64,000 nt of DNA, taken from assembly GCA_012295275.1 (NCBI GenBank), contig CM022671.1:9238001-9302000 (forward strand), in the 5' to 3' direction. Below the pieces are notes generated by a model. That model saw only the letters and a program-made list of their open reading frames with translations. It did no database searches and was not told the origin of the DNA. This document shows positions 54,845-64,000 of this stretch, piece after piece; positions within the stretch are counted from its first letter, which is position 1; every line of letters starts with the position of its first letter. The DNA is from Chrysomallon squamiferum (taxonomy: Eukaryota; Animalia; Mollusca). A program made the position numbers and the translations under genes.

Positions 54845-54897
54845 TGATTAGCAGCAAGGGAACCTTTATATGAATCTTTCCAAAGACAGGACAGAAT
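54845..54897 (-). mobile_element. Fragment of the same SINE-like family
   Basis: GATTAGCAGCAAGGGAACCTTTATATGAATCTTTCCAAAGACAGGACAG matches a recalled gastropod repeat core (GATTAGCAGCAAGGGATCTTTTATATGCAC...CAGACAGGA). Confidence 0.45.
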
Positions 54898-54928
54898 ATT
54901 CAAGATAAAGAGAAAGAGACACAGACAG

Positions 54929-54960
54929 ATACACACACACACACACACACACACACAGAG

Positions 54961-55027
<67 letters not shown>
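54929..55027. repeat. Compound (CA)n-(GA)n microsatellite
   Basis: Direct reading. Confidence 0.95.
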
Positions 55028-55031
<4 letters not shown>

Positions 55032-55912
55032 CCCAGAAATGCAAGTCAGTTATGCATGTGTCAAAGGTTACCTATGTAATGAAAATTGATTTTATTGTTG
55101 TTTATCGAGAACACAAAGAAACAACATCGTTGACATTTTAAAACTAATTATTAACTGACTATAAGATGTAATTTAACTTCATCACAGAAAACTTGAAGAT
55201 TGATTTATTATGGAACAGTAAGAAGAAAGTATTGGATTTTAATCCTTTTCATGTTTACCCAGTTTTTTCAGTGAACAATAATGTTTGTAGGTGCATGGTC
55301 TGTTTAGTAATTGTCTCTTGCTCTTATGACACATGAACATGATTCTGTCTTCTCTGTGTTAATGTTTTGTTGTGCAAGATACAACAGAAATGTAAGACAG
55401 GAATGTTAATATTTATAATTACTGATTTCCATAACAGCTTTTCTTATGTTGAACAAGCAGTCTGAGCCATGATTATGTATGAATATTTACATGTGAATCT
55501 GCATGTTTGTACTGAATGAATGTGAGTGTATGTTTGTATCTTTGTGTAAATAAGATGGAATCTAGATGATAAAGCCTGAAATATGAGATTCTTTCACTTT
55601 TTCCATTTTGTTCTTCTTTCTTTCTTGAAAATCAGAATAACCAGAATACTCTAATAAAATTATGACTTTAAAAATAATAATAATTTATTGTTGAATAAAT
55701 GACAAGTGAAAAAAAAAAAAAAAAAAAAAAAAAAATGAAAGGAAGAAGAAATTATAAATATTTTATGACCATCGATAGGCACATACATGTGAGCATTTCA
55801 AGTTGTAGTCTCTCTCTGTATAAATATTTTATTAATATTATTTAATATATTTGTTAAGGTGCACTCCAGCAATAAATAAAATAACCTTGAGATTTTGTTT
55901 GTTTATGTATAC

Positions 55913-55961
<49 letters not shown>

Positions 55962-56276
55962 ATTAAAGATTTTGTCTGCATATTAGGAAGAGTAAATGAG
56001 CTTCAGTTCTTAATTATTATGATTGAGTTCAGACTGAATTAGATGTGACTGTGTTACACAGAGAGTCTATTGATTTCAGTCAACATGTCTTCTTTCTTAC
56101 CATTTTTCTTCTTTCAAAGTTTACAGTTAACAAAAAATTAAAAAGAAAATTCTATTAAGAGAAGAAAAAAAGAAAAGAAATAAAATGGAACAAATATAAA
56201 AAGAGTATGACAGCATGAAAGCTATGTTTAACCACATTTCTTTAAATTTATAAATTTTCTACACTTTTTGTTATTA

Positions 56277-56500
56277 CTGGCTGAGAATCCTTTATCTGAA
56301 ATGTGTGAAACTGGAATTGTTCTGGATCTTGAAATATAAGGAGACAGCCTGAGAACAGTCTAAATACAAATTACATTTATATTTCATATATAGCTTATAC
56401 AAATAGTCCTGAGAATTTTTTATGTAATATATTTAATAATTCTAAAATAAAGTTGTGTATTCAAAATAATCTGAAAATTGTAAAATATCTTTATTTCTGT
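56277..56500 (-). mobile_element. Terminal fragment of a Tigger4/Zombi (MER46)-like DNA transposon (3' end, minus orientation)
   Basis: TA|CTGGCTGAGAATCCTTTATCTGAAATG resembles the recalled Tigger4 end CAGGTTGAGTATCCCTTATCCGAAATG. The block AGTCTAAATACAAATTACATTTATATTTCATATATAGCTTATACAAATAG resembles the recalled internal AGTCTAAACACGAAATTCATTTATGTTTCATATACACCTTATACACATAG. It is preceded by TA (56275-56276). Confidence 0.65.
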
Positions 56501-57929
56501 GATTGCCATTAAACTGTGATTGCCATTAACCAAAATAAATAAATAAATAAATATATAAATAAACAAACAAACAAACAAACAAATAAATCAAATCTAAAAA
56601 AATAACAAGGAACACACACACACACATAAAAAAAGAATATATATATATATACACACACACACACATATATATAAAATAATAATAATAATAAAATAAAAAA
56701 AAGATACAAAAAAAAAGAAGAAAAAGAATTAAAAAATACTTAGCAAAAAAACTTTTTTATCAGCCCTTGGGACAGGACAAAACCATCTTTGACTTGACAC
56801 TATTATTTTATTAATGGATGAAGGATTAATCTTGACGTAATGGTAAAAAAAAAAAAAAAAATTAAATAAAATTAAAAAAAAGAAGAAAAGAAAAATTATA
56901 AAAGAAAACAAATCTTACTTTTTATAGGTTTAGTTAATCATTCACAGCAAAACAGACATAATTCATAAGACTTAATGATAAAATAAGGATATACTTTATG
57001 TGTAAAATAGTTTTATTACTAGAAGGGGAAAAATTAAAAGAGAATAGAATAGAAAAATATAGAAATGAAAATAATAATAATAATAATGTCTTAGTGACAG
57101 ACCTGGGGTTCTATTTGCAATCACTTGTTGATTGTAAATAAAGTTTACCTCTTTTTCTTGTTTATTAATTATTTTATTATTAAATTGTGCCTTTTATTTG
57201 TTTTTGTTTCAAATATTAATAAAAATAATGGAAATAAATAAATAAATTAAAATATAACTTAAAAAATATTTCATAATTCTAATTCTTTAAATTTTTTCTG
57301 CATATGATTGAATACATTTAGGAGTCAGAGCAATTTAAAAAATAATATTTTTTATTTTTATTTTATTTGGTTTGTTTGTTGTTGGTTTTTTTGGTGGTTT
57401 TGTTTGTTTTTTTGTTTGTTGCTGTAATAACTACTTAATAAGGATATCACATCTAATGGTGATTATCATAAAATAACAAATTTTCAGTACAGTCACTGAC
57501 ATTAAGTTTGACATATTTGATTTTAAAGATTAATTTGTGTCAACATGAAGATGATGATTGTGATGATGAAGACAATGATTACCTGTATGATCTGTATTAT
57601 TATTATTATTTTTTTATTTATTATTACCAGTGTTATTACCAATGTTATTATTATTATTACTACTACTACTGCTGTTATATTAATGCATTATTATTATCCT
57701 TTTACAAGCAAATGGAACTGATGTAATTAATTTGTGAGTATTTGGCACATTGATCAAAGAAATGTAAATATAACAGATCAATGAACAATTATGATTTATG
57801 ACTGATATGAATTAAACAAACAAGGCAATAAAAACTGCTTTACTTGAGATCCATGCACCAGCTTATTTAATAACTAATAAATTTTAAATACATGTAGGAT
57901 CCTTTTTTTTTAATGAACGTTGTTCTGAG

Positions 57930-58760
57930 TTCAGTTGCACTTGTTGTTGCAATAAGAAATAATAACACCTTTATTCCTTCTGTTTTCATTTTGCATGAAA
58001 TCTCTGCAGCCTCCACTCAAACAATCCATTGTTTATCCATGCTCTCTTGTTGTTGATGTATGTCATAATACAGATTATGGTGTCATGTTCTTAAAACAGT
58101 GTGGCTTCTTGCACTTCATTATAACTAAAGGTACATCTCCTGTCATCCTGCACATAGACCCACTGCTAGTCTCTTCTTAGAGAGTTTACCACTAGCACAC
58201 CATTTGCCTTTCATTTAAAGAGTTGCCTTTGTGAATTCCATGCAAAACAGATCTGTCTTGTCTGCATTGTAAATGTCCTTGGGAGCACACCTGTCACATA
58301 CAACTAGCAACAGTGACTTCCAGTTATTTAGTGCAGTGACACTTTCATCACCTTGCTTCCCACTTAGTGACCTGTGAGGATGCTGTGTTGGTTTATACAG
58401 CCAATACTTTGATGCCTTGAAACTCCCTACATCCAAATCTTCAGAAATCTTTAACAACCTTTCTTCAAATTAGGGGATCACTGACATTTATCTGTGAGCA
58501 GTGACATCTTGAAACAATTTATAAACCAACAGGTTATTATCCTCATTGCTTGTAACTTTTCTCTATCTTTTCTATCAGAGAATTGATTGCGTCATAATCT
58601 GCCAAGACATCCAGTTTTCCCTTTAAAATGCCAAGAAACTAATATCTCCCAAACCAAAACATTTTGCAATTTTTCTAGCACTTAATTTGGCTGCTTTTTT
58701 AATCACACCTACCTTCTGTTTCAGTCTTAAAATGATCAGCTTTTTGTGTTTAAGTGGCAT
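57930..58760 (-). mobile_element. Decayed pogo/Tigger-superfamily (TIGD4/TIGD6-like, CENP-B HTH + DDE_1) transposase pseudogene
   Basis: The minus strand from the ATG at 58760 gives MPLKHKKLIILRLKQKVGVIKKAAKLSARKIAKCFGLG (psq/CENP-B N-terminal HTH). Across frameshifts and stops it then gives FKASKYWL (cf. FKASNGWL), DIYNADKTDLF (cf. DIYNADETGLF), KGKWCASGKLSKKRLAV, PLVIMKCKKPHCFKN and NNKRAWINNGLF. The C-terminal part is missing. Confidence 0.85.
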
Positions 58761-60087
58761 TTTGGAAGTAAATATCAGTAAAATAATTTCTTCTTAAGTT
58801 GATATGAAACACCAGTTATCTCAGGCAAGATACCCTCTAAAGAAATGATTGTCACTGATGATTAGAATAAGGCAGCATTCATCTGGATTAAAAACACTAG
58901 TTAATTAATAAACATATGCATGCATTACTCATTACATAGGAATCATCTATTTTTTTTGGACAATCAGCTATCAGCACATGGTAACTTTGTTTGTGTGCCA
59001 TTTAATTTTATGCTGGTGATGCAGTGCACCGTATGTAGTATAGGATTTAGTCTTCATTACTATTTCATCCTTTTCTTTTTTAAATACTGCTATATGTCAT
59101 TAATTAATCCTATTATATGTGCAGTGAATGCATTACTTCAACAGCAAAGACATGGTCGAGTCAAAGCTACCATGTGCATTTTGACCAGGCTTACTTGTAT
59201 TGATTGCTAATTAACTGATGCTAAGTATCAAGTTAGGTATCTGTGATTTCAGATAAAACAATCATTACACATACAGTACAACAGATTGTCACTAATTACC
59301 TGTATTTGCTTTCTAGTAAGGTTACTGACCACTTTTACAGAAGATTAAAATTTTGCCATACCACAAAGCTAATAAGAAATAAAATATTGAAAAATTGCTG
59401 ACATTTTTATTTATGATTACCAATGTTTCATGATAAATTGCAGCAAAAGAACAAAATAAATTGTGGCCTCTGGTTGCATAGAACTTGTGGTCTTCATATA
59501 GAGTTAAATTCCATAGCAAAATGTTGTATGGGACTTCAGAATAGCCCATCACGGATAGGAGGCCTTGAAAGCAGGTTTCACCAAACACACACACACACAC
59601 ACACATAAATTTAAATCAAACAAATGTTTTTAAAAATGTCTGTATTACATATAAATATATTTCTACTGCAATGAAAAAATAATTCTTTTTTTAATATAAA
59701 AAAGAAATTTAAGGTTTAGCTTCTGGCTAGTCTGTATAACTTGAATAACACCAAAAGTATAGAAAATGCCTCTTGATGATCAGTTAACATTTTTAATAAT
59801 ACTAATAGCAAATAACCTATCTCTGTACTTTACTATTCCTGACAACAATAACACAACAGTGCAATTAATAACAGTAATATTCAACACATCCATGAAATAT
59901 TTGTTTATAAATTATGCAAATGACGCTTTTATCTGCAGATACATGTTAAATTAATGGTACAAAAACTGACCACAGGTCAATAAAAACCTTTAAGTGAGAA
60001 AATTCAGGGTCAAGTGTGTCAAGTACTAAAAAGTGCAAGTGAATTGATTTTATTTGGAAATATTATCAAGATAAAAGATACTAGGAC

Positions 60088-60119
<32 letters not shown>

Positions 60120-60425
60120 AGTTAATTGTATTGGAAGATGTTTGTATCAGCATCATTAAATTGATAAAAATATCAAGGTGTTAATGATGTCTGAGCTGGT
60201 AATATTTAACTACAGATACAAAGTATTTCCAGATGTACATATGTAGGAAAAAGAAGTAGGTGGTGAAAAAAAAAAAAAAATCACTTCACTATTTTGAGAC
60301 TGACTGGTTTTATAAAGTACATCTGCATTATCAGTGGACTTGTGTTTCTGGATGTGTGATTAATCTCCAAGACTGAAATGGACTTGATTTTTAAGTAGTG
60401 ATTAATATAATAATAACAATAATAA

Positions 60426-60460
<35 letters not shown>

Positions 60461-61184
60461 ATACAAGAGATGAACCATGAATTGCTCATCGATTTCATCA
60501 AATGGATTTGAACATGACAGCTAAAACTTTGAAGCTTAACACTGTTAAATTTTATAATTATTATTAATTTTATTTATTAAATTTTTTATTTTTCCATATT
60601 TTTGTATATTTATTATTATTATTATTATCATTATTAATTTCTTTCTTTTGTTTTAACAATCTTCAAATTTAAACAATAATAAACAGGCTTGTCAGACACA
60701 GACTTAATTTATAATAATTTCTAATCATTATATTATCATTTAGATTCAGCCCTTCACAGATGACAGATATAACTTTGGCTTCACTGCCTCTATTGATTAC
60801 ACATCTAGTGTCACATTCAGTTGTGATCAGTGATGGGTAAGTTTTACACTTTAGATACAAACACTCTGCCATGGAACGTATCCAAAGTATTGCAGACAAA
60901 AGCAGGCTGCTATAACACATGACAAGAATTTATTAAGAACTGAAGGAATGCTGAAGACTGTGTGTTAAGTTTGTATTTTTTTATAAATGATCTGGCTCAG
61001 CTCTTAAAGATTCCAGTGCTGGTATTAATAGTTCAATTACAGAGCTTCCGTAAAAAGGCAAATATTGTTTAAAGTGTATGTCTATAGTAGACAGTGATTG
61101 ACATCACAGGAAATAAGTAAGGAAAAACCTGGGAAATAGAAATTTGTATGACTGCAATTGGGTATGGTAGTTGGTGTGTGCGTG

Positions 61185-61475
61185 TGTGAGAGAGAAAAAG
61201 GCAAAGCAGTGAGAGAGATAGAAAGAGAATGAGAAAGAGTGAGAAAGAGAGGGATAAAGACACAAAGAGATTGACAGAGAAACACAAAAAATGGATAGAA
61301 AGAAAGACACAGAAAGGGAGAGAGCAGTGATAAAGAGAGAGAGAGAAGAGCAACGAGAAAAAGACAACAAAAGAGAGGGAAGTGATAAGGAGAGAAAGAA
61401 TGAGGGAGAGATCAGTGACAGAGGGAACAAGAGAGAGAGAGAAAAAGAAACAGATGAGTGAGAAAAAAAAAAGGC
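61185..61475. repeat. Purine-rich degenerate GA low-complexity tract
   Basis: About 290 nt almost entirely A/G. It is the source of the spurious SL-rich minus-strand ORFs. Confidence 0.85.
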
Positions 61476-63590
61476 AGACAGTTAATATAATAATTTAATT
61501 TTTGGGAAAATTAGTCATATTCCTGATTTGTTGCTTGACAAACAAATAAACAGATTTGATAATTCTTTTGGAAAATGGAAGATATTAGTGAAAATATGTA
61601 TTTAGAAGAACTTAATCACTGCAGAATTATTATTTGACAGTATAATTCAAAAGTTTTATATTACATTTATAAACTTAGTCTGTGAATGTGAGTGTAGATT
61701 TAATGGAATTAATTATTGGTTCTGATATGAAATTCCCTGAAGACTTTGCTCATAGCATCATAGAATGTGTATCTGCCATAAACAATAACAAAAAAGTAAC
61801 AATTGCAGCAATAATACACAAATATATTTTCATTGACAAACTGAGAAAATGGAAGGAGAAAAATAAAACTGTTAAAATTTTGTTCAATCAGAAAAAATAT
61901 CTTTCTCACTATTATTATCACACACAACCACCCCCCCCCACACACACACACACCCAAAATAATTCTGCCAACCCTCTAAAAATAGAAGTACCTATGTCAA
62001 TAAACCTTAATAAAATATTAACTTTTTTTTTTTTTTTTTTAAATCCTTGAATAAAATATATCTCATCTGATTGTTTTCTTTCTGATGGCTTTTCCTAACA
62101 GCAGAAATCTTAAAGAAACATTGATTCTTAACCTACTACTACTGATCACTTTAAAATTTAGCCTGTTGACAATAATTGTGTTGATATATTGATTTGAAAT
62201 AAATGTACCTTTGGGAGTTCAGATCATCCTTGAATAATTTATTGAGGGTTTATCGTTCTATAATTTGTTGCAAGCTAAGTAAGTTATGTGCCACAGATTA
62301 CGGTAAAATGTCTTCATTCACACACAATTTCACTTACTAGGTATACAGAACTTTTAGGTATGATAAAGTAATAGTAAGAAACACAGAGGGATTTTTGGAG
62401 GATATATACCTGTAGTACACACACACATTAAATGCAATTAGTTCATATTACATTAAAATTAAAAACAATGAAACTATAAACATTATATCAAAACTAGACA
62501 AGCAATATGTTTGTTTGTTTTGGGGGGTTTTTGTAATAAATTACCTTGCTGAGTTCATTTAAACCCTTATTCAGAATTTTAAAAAAACTGATAACTATGT
62601 TCTAGTATACCCACACCATATTTACAAATATTTGCCACAACGGATAAAACCAAACAATTTATATCAGAGTCCAAATTAATTTAGATATACCTGAGCTCTG
62701 ATTAAATTAAAATATTTATAATCTGTCAAATTGTTTAACTCTCTAACATGAAAAATTGCATAAGAGGAAAGGTAAGTATGAAAATGACAATTAAAATTGG
62801 AATGTGATAAAGATAATGACATCTGCATGCTTACTCTAACATTGTCACGGCAACAGCATAATGATGAAATTAACACAACAATTCCACTGTAATTTAAAAG
62901 AAACCTAAATGAATGGTCTTGCGAATGAGAAATAATTGTACTGTCCTTCCTATGTCAGTTACCATGCTTGAAAATTTCATTTTTGACAACATTCATATTA
63001 TGTGCAAAAAAAAAAAGGATTTTTAGAATTCTTCATGTACAGTTACTAGAGAAGTTATCACATTTTTTGATCAGACTACAGATGTTTCAATCTGAAAAGA
63101 ATTAATAAAATAGTCCTTTCACAGCTGCGAAGATGAATTTATAATCCATGTATTGGAATCATACATCTGAAAGTATCTTCAACTGAGATTTTTAAATTAA
63201 ATTGTGTTTAAAGCTATGAGAAAATCTTCTATAGCTGAAGCAAGTTATCCAGTGGCAATAAATGGATTTCTACTTGAGAATTTGCTAGAAGTGAGAAGAT
63301 TATGAGTTGAAAGTAGTATTAAAACAATTCTTAACCTCTCACTGAAATAACATCTGAAATATTATGCTGTTAATATCTGCACTACTTTGATCACTAAAAA
63401 AATAAAAAATAAATTATTATGTTACAGAAAAAGCAATAAAAAATAAAAATAATTATCAACAGAAAACATATTCAGATGTCTGTTATACTGGTCAGAAAAT
63501 AAATTTCAATTTATGAAAATAAAAAATATATATATATATTTTATAGGCCATGAAACAAAATATATGCCAAGTAAAATATGCCTACAATAC

Positions 63591-63731
63591 CTTGACAGCA
63601 CAGGTAATACTTCAGCAATCAAAAAGTAATGTTGTACTCACCTGCAAAATAAATGAAAAAAAGAGAAGAAAATAAATATATAAATAATAATAATAATAAA
63701 TAGTAAGTTTATTTCAAAAATTATAAACAAA
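63591..63731 (-). other. Recursive splice site (ratchet point) candidate with RS-exon-like segment
   Basis: The minus strand reads ...TTTTCTTCTCTTTTTTTCATTTATTTTGCAG|GTGAGTAC (CAG = 63644-63642, GTGAGT = 63641-63636). There is no AG on that strand for about 88 nt upstream of the CAG. A second donor AAG|GTATTG lies 51 nt downstream (63591/63590). Confidence 0.6.
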
Positions 63732-64000
63732 CTTGAATAAATAAATGAAATACATGTATATTTTCAATGATTTTTGTTCTATCAAAAACAGATTCTGAGG
63801 ATTTATATCTTACAAAATGTGATGACATTAACATTAATAATGGCAGCATAAATACTATTTTATAATGATTCCAGGTAGAAAATGCTAATCTTCATTATTA
63901 TTGCTAAAATGTCATAATGACTTCATACTTCTCTAACACTAGTTGTTGTATTATAAAATATTAAATTTATTTACAAAAATTACTTATAAATTTGTTCAGT

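Noticed and set aside
61069-61430. Three overlapping minus-strand ORFs
   Set aside because: They are translations of a purine-rich low-complexity tract.
480-62876. Remaining short ORFs of the six-frame track
   Set aside because: They are mostly 60-120 aa, often start at TTG or GTG, and are dominated by F/I/L/K/Y or microsatellite translations, as expected by chance in AT-rich eukaryotic non-coding DNA.

Overview
This is AT-rich, strongly CpG-depleted, microsatellite-rich animal DNA. It is eukaryotic and probably molluscan; a gastropod origin is inferred from the GPCR type and from SINE-like remnants that I recall from gastropod assemblies. The only convincing protein-coding region is an intronless 392-aa class A neuropeptide GPCR of the myosuppressin/DMSR-1 (lophotrochozoan myomodulin) receptor family at 38239-39417 (+). 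A candidate promoter and first non-coding exon lie at about 9.38-9.64 kb and a strong splice acceptor at 36950, suggesting a roughly 27-kb 5'-UTR intron. The most unusual signal is a textbook minus-strand recursive-splicing (ratchet-point) motif at 63636-63644: a long AG-free polypyrimidine tract, CAG|GTGAGT, and a 51-nt RS-exon-like segment with stops in all three frames. If real, it implies an unseen minus-strand host gene with a very long intron, inside which the GPCR may be nested antisense. The rest is decayed mobile DNA, minisatellites and microsatellites. The mobile DNA includes a TIGD4/6-like pogo transposase fossil, a terminal fragment resembling mammalian Tigger4/Zombi, two mariner deletion derivatives and SINE-like remnants. 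All other ORFs in the track look spurious. Family matches are from recalled consensus sequences; no database search was run.
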